From an uncultured Chloroflexia bacterium (lineage in GTDB: Bacteria > Chloroflexota > Anaerolineae > Anaerolineales > Anaerolineaceae): a DNA stretch of 32,000 nucleotides. The translations under genes were made by a program, and so were the position numbers. Each line of letters opens with the position of its first letter. Positions within the stretch are counted from its first letter, which is position 1. The notes under the pieces were generated by a model. The model saw only the letters and a list, made by a program, of their open reading frames with translations. It did no database searches and was not told the origin of the DNA. The stretch is taken from NCBI GenBank assembly GCA_963704755.1, contig OY969938.1, forward strand, positions 1,170,001-1,202,000, in the 5' to 3' direction. This document shows positions 1 through 8,158 of the stretch, piece by piece.

Positions 1-345
1 GGCCGCAATGCCGCCGATCAGCAGCCAGGGCGCGACCACTCCGCGATAGTAGAAGAACCAGGCCACGTAATAGCCCAGCAAGAACAGCCCCGCCAAACCA
101 AGGAAAAGGCCATTTCCGCGTTGGCCGCCCTTGCGCAGGATCAAGATCAAGACCGCCACGGTCAGGATCCCAAAGGTCCCTTCGACGATGTTCATCAGCG
201 GGTAGGGCGAACTGTTTTTCGTCAAAACATTATTGGCCGGCGGCGCGACCATCCAGATGATATTGGGCAGTAACTGCAAGGCGTACAACCCAAGCCCAAC
301 CAGAGAAAACCCCAACACGTAGTTTTTCACTCTTCCCACCCTCAT
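1..345 (-). CDS. Integral membrane protein of unknown function (3' end runs off the window start)
   Basis: Absent from the ORF track because it is open at the window edge. My reverse-strand translation from ATG 345 (alternative GTG 330 preceded by GAGGGTGG) reads MRVGRVKNYVLGFSLVGLGLYALQLLPNIIWMV...LLIGGIAA. It has several hydrophobic helices and no stop down to base 1. Confidence 0.55.
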   Translation of the reverse strand, partial: MRVGRVKNYVLGFSLVGLGLYALQLLPNIIWMVAPPANNVLTKNSSPYPLMNIVEGTFGILTVAVLILILRKGGQRGNGLFLGLAGLFLLGYYVAWFFYYRGVVAPWLLIGGIAA

Positions 346-501
346 ATATTAAAGTTACATTCGTTCAGGAAAATGCCTATTCGACCGGACCTGAAATTAC
401 CCTAAATATACGGGAATAAATGGATTCTGTTGCACCCTTTTAGCCGAAAGTTAGGTAACACAAAACCACAAAGAAAAGATTCTAATAATTTCCGTACCTT
501 A

Positions 502-1128
502 TCAATTCTGGTTAGCTTTTAGCCAATTCTGCATGTAAGCAATATATTCGGGTGCTGGCATATCGTTTAGATCTTCGTCTGTAAAGCCATGTGCTTTTCT
601 ACCATCATAAAAGTCAGATGTAAAATCTGTGAAACGGTACCAGATTTGGGTCGGACTATCAATAGCTTTTGAATGATCGATTTCTACCATCCAATTGCGT
701 ATGCACCTGACTACATCTTCCGGTTCGTCATTGTGGCATTTAACATCTACACCAGATAAATCGGAAATCGCTTTTTGAAAGTCATAGCGCTGACGCTCTA
801 ATATCAGCATTTTCTTCTCAATTTTATTGAACCGGGAGTATCCGTAATCGATCCCCAATTCAAAGGGCATATTCATACGAAAGAATTCACCCACCGTTGA
901 AGAGCTACATCGCGAAAGGTCATGGATGGAATAATCAGTCACCTGTATTAATTTGCATATTTTATCGATACGGTTATCTGCTGAATTCAAATACTCAGAG
1001 GCTATTCGTGGAGAAAACCCTAAATAACAGAGCGTAAAAAGTAAAGGACGTAATAGCCCTTTATATTCCTCATCGAAAGGGCAATTAATAAATACCTGGT
1101 TTTCTTGCTTTTCCCCCTTATTTAGCAA
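502..1128 (-). CDS. Hypothetical protein; N-terminal half resembles TIR-like / nucleoside 2-deoxyribosyltransferase-like Rossmannoid domains (inferred)
   Basis: 208-aa ORF in an AT-rich island. It has a TTG start 5 nt after the stop of the upstream DUF2188 gene. Motif order is VFINCPF (strand 1), then ICKLIQVTDYSIHDLS, then NMPFELGIDYG (acidic residue in an ELG context). This is typical of TIR-like/deoxyribosyltransferase-like folds. Assignment is from memory of the fold pattern, not a search. Confidence 0.7.
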   Translation of the reverse strand: MLNKGEKQENQVFINCPFDEEYKGLLRPLLFTLCYLGFSPRIASEYLNSADNRIDKICKLIQVTDYSIHDLSRCSSSTVGEFFRMNMPFELGIDYGYSRFNKIEKKMLILERQRYDFQKAISDLSGVDVKCHNDEPEDVVRCIRNWMVEIDHSKAIDSPTQIWYRFTDFTSDFYDGRKAHGFTDEDLNDMPAPEYIAYMQNWLKANQN

Positions 1129-1133
1129 CTAAA

Positions 1134-1367
1134 TCACCGTTGATCTTGAGGAGGGAATGGATCGTTCCCGTAAGAATTTTTACTTTGGATGGTTCCGTCC
1201 CGTTTGTGAATAACCAGTTCCGATTTTTGATTGATACTCACCTGCCGTGCCCAAGCCTCGGCTTCGGTTTTGGTCTCAAAATGTTTCGAAGCCCGGTCAG
1301 AGCCGCCCTTGCGAACATTCCAACCGCCGTTTGGCGCAGGTACTACGTGTTGCGTGGTTTTCTTCAT
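1134..1367 (-). CDS. DUF2188 family small protein
   Basis: 77-aa ORF. The string HVVPAPNGGWNVRKGGSDRASKHFETKTEAEAWARQVSINQKSELVIHKRDGTIQSKNSYGNDPFPP matches the DUF2188 pattern over its full length (GW.V...g..ras..f.tk.eA...a...a.n...eLviH..dG.i....sYg.DP.P). Confidence 0.85.
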   Translation of the reverse strand: MKKTTQHVVPAPNGGWNVRKGGSDRASKHFETKTEAEAWARQVSINQKSELVIHKRDGTIQSKNSYGNDPFPPQDQR

Positions 1368-1373
1368 AAGTTA

Positions 1374-1403
1374 ATTATACTTTAACTTTGTTAACGATAT
1401 CAA
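1374..1403 (-). promoter_or_regulatory. Candidate sigma70-type promoter for the DUF2188/TIR-like operon; would give a leaderless or near-leaderless mRNA
   Basis: Reverse strand reads TTGATA-18 nt-TATAAT-taactt-ATG. The -10 hexamer ends 6 nt before the DUF2188 ATG, and there is no Shine-Dalgarno sequence. Confidence 0.3.
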
Positions 1404-1612
1404 GTCCTTAAACAGGTCAATCACATCAGAATTTATGTCCAATCGTAAGGGATAGAAGAATGCAATTTTTCAAGAAGTGCCTTTTTTGTCGTTGTGTTTT
1501 TTGGACCCATCGCTTGTGGTCCTCTAAACACAGGCCACCAGGATTGCATGAGCAGGTGAGCGATCTCCCGACTGGCCAGAAATACTGCATTGGTAGCCAT
1601 ATGCACCTTTTT

Positions 1613-1724
1613 GTCATTGCGAGGGAGGTCGTAGGCCGACCGTGGCAATCTCAGGGCTGGCCATTACGGGAGTCTGGGTGTGTTGAGATTGCTTCGTCGA
1701 CAAAATACGCCTCCTCGCAATGAC
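1613..1724. repeat. Long imperfect hairpin of the GTCATTGCGAGG...CCTCGCAATGAC type
   Basis: The outer arms gtcattgcgagggagg (1613-1628) and cctcctcgcaatgac (1710-1724) are complementary. The inner arms gcaatctca (1645-1653) and tgagattgc (1684-1692) are also complementary. Shadow ORFs read ..VIARE..QSQ.. / ..EIASS..SSQ* and ..LPRNDKK.., peptides typical of this widespread non-coding repeat. Confidence 0.6.
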
Positions 1725-1756
1725 ATTATTGTGGAGGCCTTCTAAAAAAAATTAAA

Positions 1757-1866
1757 GTAACTGCTCAACTTTCCCGGAGAAACAGGGAATTATTGTTGTT
1801 TTTCGCGTGCTGCGCACGTGAAAAACAACAATAATTCCCTTCCCCGTAAACTGGCTTGAACAGTAC
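1757..1866. repeat. Family-1 palindromic element, copy A
   Basis: 25-bp arms at 1785-1809 and 1815-1839 (gggaattattgttgtttttcgcgtg / cacgtgaaaaacaacaataattccc, one G-T pair). Outer motifs are gtaactgctcaac (1757) and ttgaacagtac (1856-1866). Confidence 0.8.
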
Positions 1867-2034
1867 CAAAAAATTTCTTATATCCCTGCTGATTGGACAC
1901 AATTTATGATGCGATTACCCCGATTAAGGAGTTCCTGAATTTGCGGACGTATAATAGGATCATTCGGGTGTCCATCTCAAACGAGAATCAAGCTTTCTCA
2001 CATACAAAATCTCGATTAACTTTAAATCTACCCC

Positions 2035-4029
2035 ATGAAGCCATCCCGCCTCACGCTCTTCCTGATCGCCCTGCTCTGGCCGGTGATCGTCCTGGTCCTG
2101 TACTATTCCACCAACAAGCCGGTGACGCCGGACCTGGCGCTGCACCTGGCCCAAATGATCGGACACATCCTGGCCGCTGCCCTGCTGGTGATCCTGGCCG
2201 GCGGGCTTGGATACAGCCTGGCCCGCCTGGAGGGGCTGCACCCGCTGGCCCGCCTGGCACTGCAGGCCGCCCTGGGGTTGGGTTTGCTGGCCATCGGCGT
2301 CTTGATCGTCGGCTCTACCCTTGGGCTGGCCGCCTGGATCCTGTGGGGCGTACTGCTCCTGGCCGGTATCTTGCTGCGCAAGGCCTGCCTGGGCTGGCTG
2401 CGCCAGTTCGCCGGCCTGAATGAGGTTTGGGCCGCCGGCAGCCGCTTCGAGCGGACGGTCGCGGTTCTGCTGGCACTGATGTTCGCCGCCACTCTGGCCG
2501 TCGCGTTGGCGCCGCCGGTCAAGTACGACGCGCTGATGTATCACCTGACCCTGCCCCAGGCTTACCTGGCCCAGGGCAAGATCAGCTACCTGCCCTGGAT
2601 CGTCATGAGCGGCCATCCGCAGACGGCCGAGATGTTGTACACCTGGGCCATAGGCCTGGGCGGGCTCGAAACGGCGCCCGTATTAGGCTGGTTTTTCTGC
2701 CTGCTGGCCAGCCTGGGGTTGCTGGGCTATTTATTTCAGCGCATCTCCATCCGGGCCGCCTGGGTGGGATTGGGGGCCTTGCTGGCCGGCTATACCCTGG
2801 CCGTATCCACTGCCTGGGGCTACGTGGACTGGCTGGGGCTGTACTTTGGCCTGGGCTGCCTGGTCAGCCTGGACCGCTGGCGGGCCGAAAACCGCCAGTC
2901 CGACCTGCTGCTGGCCGGCGCCTTCGCCGGCATGGCCATGGGCACCAAATACACCTCGGCCGTGCTTATCCTGGTAGCCGGGGTAGCCCTCACCTGGCAC
3001 GTCTGGAAAAAGAAAGCCGCCTGGTGGCCGGCCATGCTCCAGTTTGGCGCGGCCGCGCTGGTCCTGGTCCTGCCCTGGCTGGTCAAGAACGCCCTCACTA
3101 CCGGCAACCCGTTTTACCCATTCTTCTTTCCGGCCGGCGCCATGGATGCGCTGCGCATCTCGATCTATCAAGGCGCTCCGCCGGCCGGCAACTGGTGGGA
3201 TTTTTTCTTACTGCCTTTGCGGGCCACCATGCTCGGGGTGGACGGCGGCGCAACCTACAGCGTCTCGATCGGGCCGTTGCTGCTCGGCCTGGGCGCGCTG
3301 GCCTGGATGGGCGCCCGCGAGCGCGACGAGCGCCAGAAAACCGCCCTGCAAAACGCGGCCCTGATCGGCCTGAGCGGGCTGGCGATCTGGGCGGTCGGCA
3401 ACCGCTTTTCGGGTTACCTGATCCAGACCCGTATGTATTTTTCGCTGTTCCCGGCCTTCGTCACCCTGGCCGCCTTTGGCTACGCGGCCGCCTCGCGGAT
3501 CACCTTTTCCGGGGTGCGGCTTGGCCGGATCTTGAACGCCGTTGTAATTCTGGTTCTGGGCTTGAACAGTTTGGCAGTGGTGCTGAATACCGTTAAAATG
3601 GGATCAGCCCCGGCCGCGTTGGGCTTCACCAGCCAGGAGGATTACCTGGCCGACAACCTGGGCTGGTACCAGCCGGCGGTCCAGGCCATTAACAACCTGT
3701 CCGAGCCGGACCGGGTGCTGCTGATCTACGAGCCGCGCAGCCTGTACTGCCTGCCGCGCTGCGCGCCGGACGAAATCCTGGACCGCTGGGTACGCGATTA
3801 CACCCAATATCAGGATTTTGCGTCCATCCGGGAGGCCTGGATCCAGCAGGGATTCACCCACATCCTGGTAAATCGCAGCGGGATCGAGTTTTTAAAGACG
3901 GCCGGCGATCCGCATCACCCGCTGGCCGCGTTGCAGGCCCTGGACCAGTTCCTGGCTCAACTGCCCGCACCGCAGAAGTTCGGAGATGCGTACGAACTGT
4001 ATCCTCTGGCAAAGGGAATAACTTCCTGA
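2035..4029 (+). CDS. Polytopic membrane protein, putative GT-C-fold glycosyltransferase (ArnT/PMT-like)
   Basis: 664-aa ORF with more than 12 hydrophobic segments. An early loop motif (KYDALMYHLTLPQAYL) and a soluble C-terminal domain of about 150 aa recall GT39/GT83-like enzymes. GC-rich codon usage produces shadow ORFs in other frames. Confidence 0.65.
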   Translation: MKPSRLTLFLIALLWPVIVLVLYYSTNKPVTPDLALHLAQMIGHILAAALLVILAGGLGYSLARLEGLHPLARLALQAALGLGLLAIGVLIVGSTLGLAAWILWGVLLLAGILLRKACLGWLRQFAGLNEVWAAGSRFERTVAVLLALMFAATLAVALAPPVKYDALMYHLTLPQAYLAQGKISYLPWIVMSGHPQTAEMLYTWAIGLGGLETAPVLGWFFCLLASLGLLGYLFQRISIRAAWVGLGALLAGYTLAVSTAWGYVDWLGLYFGLGCLVSLDRWRAENRQSDLLLAGAFAGMAMGTKYTSAVLILVAGVALTWHVWKKKAAWWPAMLQFGAAALVLVLPWLVKNALTTGNPFYPFFFPAGAMDALRISIYQGAPPAGNWWDFFLLPLRATMLGVDGGATYSVSIGPLLLGLGALAWMGARERDERQKTALQNAALIGLSGLAIWAVGNRFSGYLIQTRMYFSLFPAFVTLAAFGYAAASRITFSGVRLGRILNAVVILVLGLNSLAVVLNTVKMGSAPAALGFTSQEDYLADNLGWYQPAVQAINNLSEPDRVLLIYEPRSLYCLPRCAPDEILDRWVRDYTQYQDFASIREAWIQQGFTHILVNRSGIEFLKTAGDPHHPLAALQALDQFLAQLPAPQKFGDAYELYPLAKGITS

Positions 4030-4042
4030 GAAAAATCGAAAC

Positions 4043-4146
4043 CATTCAGCTATTTCAAAAGAAAGAGGTGTTTTTTTATTTTTCGCGTGCTTCGCACGCG
4101 AAAAATAAAAAAACACCTCCAACCTCCGAATAAACCTGAGTAATAG
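4043..4146. repeat. Family-1 palindromic element, copy B
   Basis: Perfect 26-bp arms at 4065-4090 (gaggtgtttttttatttttcgcgtgc) and 4094-4119, with loop ttc. Right flank is ccgaataaacctgagtaatagc. There is no U-tract on either side. Confidence 0.85.
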
Positions 4147-4174
4147 CAAAAATCTTATTGTGGAGAGGAAAACC

Positions 4175-6709
4175 ATGGCGCTATCCAAAGACGGCTCATT
4201 TTACCTGGGCAAACTATTCGATACCTCATCGAAGAAATTGCTTGACCAACCCGTACTTTACGATCCGGCCGACTTGACCACTCACGCGGTCGTTACCGGC
4301 ATGACCGGCTCGGGCAAGACCGGGCTGTGCATCGGGCTGCTGGAAGAGACCGCCCTGGAAGGCATTCCGGCTATCGCCATCGATCCCAAGGGCGACCTGA
4401 CCAACCTGCTGCTGCACTTCCCCGCCCTGCTGCCGGCGGACTTCCAGCCCTGGATCGACCCCGAATCCGCCCGGCGCGAGGGCAAAAGGCTGGAGGTGCT
4501 GGCCGGTGAGACTGCTGAAACATGGAAGAATGGCCTGGCGGATTGGGGGCTGGGCAGCCAGCAGCTCCAGGAACTGAAAGATTTGGTCGAGTTCGGCCTG
4601 TACACCCCCGGCTCGACCAGCGGCACGGCCGTCAATATCCTCTCCTCCTTCAGCTCACCGGAGCTGTCCTGGGAGGACAACAGCGAGATCCTGCGCGAGA
4701 AAATTACGACCATCGTCAGTGCGCTGCTGGGGCTGGTCGGCCTGACCGATGTCGATCCGCTGCGCTCGCGCGAGCACATCCTGCTGTCCAATATCATCGA
4801 AAACGCCTGGAGCAAAAGCCAATCGCTGGACCTGACCGAACTGATCCTGCAAACCCAAAACCCGCCTTTCGAGCGTCTGGGCGCCTTCCCGGTAGACAAT
4901 TTCTTTCCGGAAAAGGACCGTTTTTCGCTGGCCATCCTGCTCAACAATTTCCTGGCCGCGCCTTCCTTCCAGATCTGGCGCGAAGGCCAGCCGCTCGACG
5001 TGGGCGCCTTGCTGTACACGCCCGAGGGCAAGCCCCGCCACAGCATTTTCTACCTGGCCCACCTGAGCGAGAGCGAGCGTATGTTCTTCGTCACCCTGCT
5101 GTTCGCCTCGATCGAATCCTGGATGCGCACCCAGCGCGGCACCGGCGGACTGCGCGCCCTGGTCTACATGGATGAGATCCTGGGTTACCTGCCCCCCACC
5201 GCCAACCCACCTTCCCGCCCGATCCTGCTTCGTTTGCTCAAACAGGCCCGTGCTTTCGGGGTTGGATTCCTGTTGGCCACCCAAAACCCGGTGGATGTGG
5301 ATTACAAGGGCCTCTCCAACGCCGGCACCTGGATCATAGGCCGTTTGCAGACCGACCAGGACAAGCAGCGCCTGCTGGACGGGCTCGAATCGGCCGGCGG
5401 GGACCTGGACCGCAAGTCGGCCGACCAGTTGATCTCCGGCCTGGGCAAGCGCACTTTCCTGCTGCACAACGTCCATGCCAAAGCGCCCCAGGTCTTTCAG
5501 ACCCGCTGGGCGCTCAACTATCTGGCCGGCCCGTTGACCCGCTCGCAGATTCCCCAGCTCATGGCCCTGGCCGGCGTACAGGCCGCACAAACCGCGCAGG
5601 CTGCATCTTCGACACCTCAAAGCAAGCCTGCTTCCGCCCAGGCTGCCGCACCGGCTGGGCCGGCCGCAGCGGTGGCCAGCCCTTCCGCCGGCGCAGAAAC
5701 GCTCTCCCAGACCCGCCCGGGCTTGCCGGCCGGGATCAATGAATATTTTCTGCCCAACGACCTGCCCTTTGGGCAGGCCCTGCAGGAAGCCAAAATTTCG
5801 TCCAGTGCGACCGTTGCTCAGCAGGGCATAATCTACCGCCCGGCCTTGCTGGCCCAGGCGGACGTGCATTACCTGGCGCGCAAGTACAACCTGGATTTCG
5901 ACCGTCATTTCGCCAGCCTGCCCATAGAAGCCCGCGGCAGGCAGGTTGCCTGGGAAGATTTCCCTGCCTCAGCTTACGCCCCCGACCAATTGAGCGCCGC
6001 ACCTGTCCCCGGCTCGAGCTATGCGCCTCTACCCGGCTGGCTCAGCGACGGCCGCCAGGTCAACGCCTGGCAGCAGGATTTCACCGATTGGGTCTATCGC
6101 TCCAGCGCAATCCACCTCAAGGTCAACGAAAAGCTCAATTTGGCGGCCGGGCCAGAAACGAACAGCGGTGAATTCCATGAAATGTGCTCTACGGCTGCCA
6201 AAAAGGCCATGAAAGAAGAAACGGACAAAGTCGATGCTGCCTACAAGAAGAAACTGGCTGCCCTGGAACAAAAGGTCAAACGCCAGGAGCGCGAAGTGGA
6301 CAGCCAGAAAGATGAGGTGTCTCAACGCCGCCTGGAAGAAGCCGGCGCGGGCGGCGAACTGATCTTAGGTCTTCTCGGTGGCCGGAAACGCACTGTATCT
6401 AAAACCTTGAGCAAGCATCGTATGGCTTCGCAAGCCAAGGAAGATCTGGCAGAGGAGAAGGTCGAGTTGGAAGGCTTGCAAAAGCAGCAAAAGGATCTGC
6501 AAGCCGAATACCAGCAGGCTTTGCAGGAGGTTCAGCAGCGCTGGGCCGACGTGGCCAGTGAGGTCAGCGAAGTGCCGCTGACCCCATACAAGAAGGATAT
6601 CTATGTCAACGCCTTCGGCGTCGCCTGGCTGCCCTATTACCGCCTGACGGTCGATTCGCAGGAGCGTGAGATCCCGGCCCACAAGGCCGCCGGCGAATCA
6701 GGCAAGTAA
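4175..6709 (+). CDS. HerA/FtsK-superfamily P-loop NTPase (DUF87/DUF853-like) with low-complexity linker and C-terminal coiled coil
   Basis: Walker A is VVTGMTGSGKTGL. The segment IAIDPKGDLTNLL is as in YjgR/HerA-like ATPases. Walker B is LVYMDEILGY, followed by LLATQNPVDVDYKGLSNAGTWIIGRLQTDQDK. An Ala/Pro/Gln-rich linker and heptad-like KKKLAALEQKVKRQEREV...LQKQQKDLQAEYQQALQEVQQRW follow. The ORF track starts at GTG 4160; ATG 4175 lies 6 nt after GGAGAGG and is preferred. Confidence 0.8.
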   Translation: MALSKDGSFYLGKLFDTSSKKLLDQPVLYDPADLTTHAVVTGMTGSGKTGLCIGLLEETALEGIPAIAIDPKGDLTNLLLHFPALLPADFQPWIDPESARREGKRLEVLAGETAETWKNGLADWGLGSQQLQELKDLVEFGLYTPGSTSGTAVNILSSFSSPELSWEDNSEILREKITTIVSALLGLVGLTDVDPLRSREHILLSNIIENAWSKSQSLDLTELILQTQNPPFERLGAFPVDNFFPEKDRFSLAILLNNFLAAPSFQIWREGQPLDVGALLYTPEGKPRHSIFYLAHLSESERMFFVTLLFASIESWMRTQRGTGGLRALVYMDEILGYLPPTANPPSRPILLRLLKQARAFGVGFLLATQNPVDVDYKGLSNAGTWIIGRLQTDQDKQRLLDGLESAGGDLDRKSADQLISGLGKRTFLLHNVHAKAPQVFQTRWALNYLAGPLTRSQIPQLMALAGVQAAQTAQAASSTPQSKPASAQAAAPAGPAAAVASPSAGAETLSQTRPGLPAGINEYFLPNDLPFGQALQEAKISSSATVAQQGIIYRPALLAQADVHYLARKYNLDFDRHFASLPIEARGRQVAWEDFPASAYAPDQLSAAPVPGSSYAPLPGWLSDGRQVNAWQQDFTDWVYRSSAIHLKVNEKLNLAAGPETNSGEFHEMCSTAAKKAMKEETDKVDAAYKKKLAALEQKVKRQEREVDSQKDEVSQRRLEEAGAGGELILGLLGGRKRTVSKTLSKHRMASQAKEDLAEEKVELEGLQKQQKDLQAEYQQALQEVQQRWADVASEVSEVPLTPYKKDIYVNAFGVAWLPYYRLTVDSQEREIPAHKAAGESGK

Positions 6710-6776
6710 CCCGGTATTCTATGCCGGGTGCCTCGTGAGCTTGTGCCTTCCGTAGATAAATCTGCACCTACATATA

Positions 6777-6815
6777 CACGAAGTCCCACGAAGGTGGGGC
6801 TTCGTGCTTTTGTTG
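6777..6815 (+). terminator. Rho-independent terminator downstream of the ATPase gene
   Basis: 13-bp stem cacgaagtcccac / gtggggcttcgtg (one G-U pair), GAAG loop, then cttttgttg. Confidence 0.65.
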
Positions 6816-6872
6816 CGGTGATTTCAATCGCCAACGCCATAAGCCATAAATAGAATCGCAGGAATCGCAGGA

Positions 6873-6902
6873 TTGGCAAACTCCCCGCGCTCAAGGTATA
6901 AT
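6873..6902 (+). promoter_or_regulatory. Candidate lipA promoter
   Basis: TTGGCA-18 nt-TATAAT ends 18 nt before the lipA ATG, which is preceded by AAGAGG. A tandem 9-bp repeat gaatcgcag x2 (6853-6870) abuts the -35 hexamer. Confidence 0.4.
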
Positions 6903-6920
6903 CGCCCTTAAGAGGTTCCC

Positions 6921-7856
6921 ATGACTGTTAACATTACCCGTGATAGAGTGAATCCTGAACTTATCGATACCAGGCCGTTACGCCGTCCGGAATACATTAA
7001 GGTCCGCGCACCCAGCGGCGAGACCTACGAGAAGCTGCACCAATTGATGCGCAGCAAATCGCTGCATACCGTGTGTGAAGAGGCCGGCTGCCCCAATATG
7101 GGCGAATGCTGGGGTGCCGGGACCGCCACTTTCCTGATGATGGGCGACATTTGCACCCGCACCTGCGGGTTCTGCGATATCAAACATGGCCGCCCGGAAG
7201 TATTGGACTGGCTGGAGCCGGAACGAGTTGCCCAGGCGGTCAAGGCGATGAACCTGAAGCACGCCGTGATCACCTCGGTCAACCGCGACGACCGCAAAGA
7301 TGGCGGCGCGCCGATCATCGCAATGGTCATCCGCCGCATCCGCGAGCTGCTGCCCGGCTGCTCGGTCGAGGTGCTCATCCCCGATTTCAAAGGCAGCCCC
7401 GAAGCCTTACGTATCGTCATGGATGCCAGGCCGGAGATCCTCAACCACAATGTCGAGACGGTTCCGCGGCTCTTCAAGACGGTCCAACCACAGGACCATT
7501 ACGATTGGGCCAAAGCTACCCTCAGCAACGCCCACCGCATGGACCCCGAAGTGCTGACCAAATCCGGGATTATGGTCGGGCTAGGCGAAGAGATCGACGA
7601 GGTCAAACAGGTGATGGACGACCTGCGCGAGTGGGGCGTTCAAATTTTGACCATCGGCCAGTATTTGCAGCCCAGCCGTAAACACCTGCCCATCGCGCGC
7701 TATTACACGCCAGAAGAATTTGCCGAGCTAAAAGAGTACGGGCAGAACATCGGCTTCCAATGGGTCGAAAGCGGCCCCCTGGTTCGCTCCTCTTACCACG
7801 CAGCTGAACAGGTCCGCGTGCTAAGTGCGGTCCATCACAAACTCTACGGCAATTAA
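6921..7856 (+). CDS. lipA: Lipoyl synthase
   Basis: The auxiliary cluster motif [12 protein letters not shown] and the radical-SAM cluster [10 protein letters not shown] are present, with full-length collinearity to LipA (311 aa). Confidence 0.95.
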   Translation: MTVNITRDRVNPELIDTRPLRRPEYIKVRAPSGETYEKLHQLMRSKSLHTVCEEAGCPNMGECWGAGTATFLMMGDICTRTCGFCDIKHGRPEVLDWLEPERVAQAVKAMNLKHAVITSVNRDDRKDGGAPIIAMVIRRIRELLPGCSVEVLIPDFKGSPEALRIVMDARPEILNHNVETVPRLFKTVQPQDHYDWAKATLSNAHRMDPEVLTKSGIMVGLGEEIDEVKQVMDDLREWGVQILTIGQYLQPSRKHLPIARYYTPEEFAELKEYGQNIGFQWVESGPLVRSSYHAAEQVRVLSAVHHKLYGN

Positions 7857-7887
7857 CCGTAAACTGATCAAGCTCATACAAAAGAGT

Positions 7888-7969
7888 CCCCGAAATTGAA
7901 GTGTTTGCGCGGGTGATACTTGAGCAAAGTCTTTAATTTCGGATTTCGTTCCAGATAAGCCTCAGTTAC
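7888..7969. repeat. Family-1 element, degenerate copy K
   Basis: The arms ccgaaattgaagtgtttgcgcg and tgagcaaagtctttaatttcgg are imperfectly complementary. The right flank ends in aagcctcagttac. Confidence 0.55.
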
Positions 7970-7987
7970 GTCATAATAATAAAAATT

Positions 7988-8012
7988 TAGCCTCCCTCTA
8001 ATCCAGGGAGGC
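7988..8012 (+). terminator. Hairpin terminator candidate after lipA
   Basis: 9-bp stem agcctccct / agggaggct. It is preceded by an A-rich tract and followed by ttcatttg. Confidence 0.45.
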
Positions 8013-8046
8013 TTTCATTTGTTACATTTCGAACTAAAAGATATCG

Positions 8047-8158
8047 GTAACCTTTCAGGCTCCTGTTAAGAAGTTCCCGAATTTGAGGTGCGTGCGGGGG
8101 CTCCGCCCCCGCACGCACCTCAAATTCGGGTTTCTTCCCCCTTAGGCTGAGCAGTTAT
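8047..8158. repeat. Family-1 palindromic element, copy F
   Basis: Perfect 25-bp arms at 8076-8100 (cccgaatttgaggtgcgtgcggggg) and 8106-8130. The outer arms gtaacctttcaggctcctgttaagaagtt and tttcttcccccttaggctgagcagttat are partly complementary. Confidence 0.85.

Noticed and set aside
1426-1723. Small ORFs 1426-1617(-), 1433-1648(-) and 1460-1723(+).
   Set aside because: They are translations of the GTCATTGCGAGG-type hairpin repeat and flanking AT-rich DNA. The peptides (VIARE.., LPRNDKK) are the classic artefacts of this repeat.
1893-6325. Many long ORFs in alternative frames or antisense. Examples are 1960-2616(-), 2427-3596(+), 4655-5908(-), 4282-5046(-) and 4522-5175(+).
   Set aside because: They overlap the two strongly supported GC-rich genes and translate to Arg/Pro/Gly/Ala-rich low-complexity strings. 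These are typical GC-rich shadow ORFs, with no motifs and no RBS.
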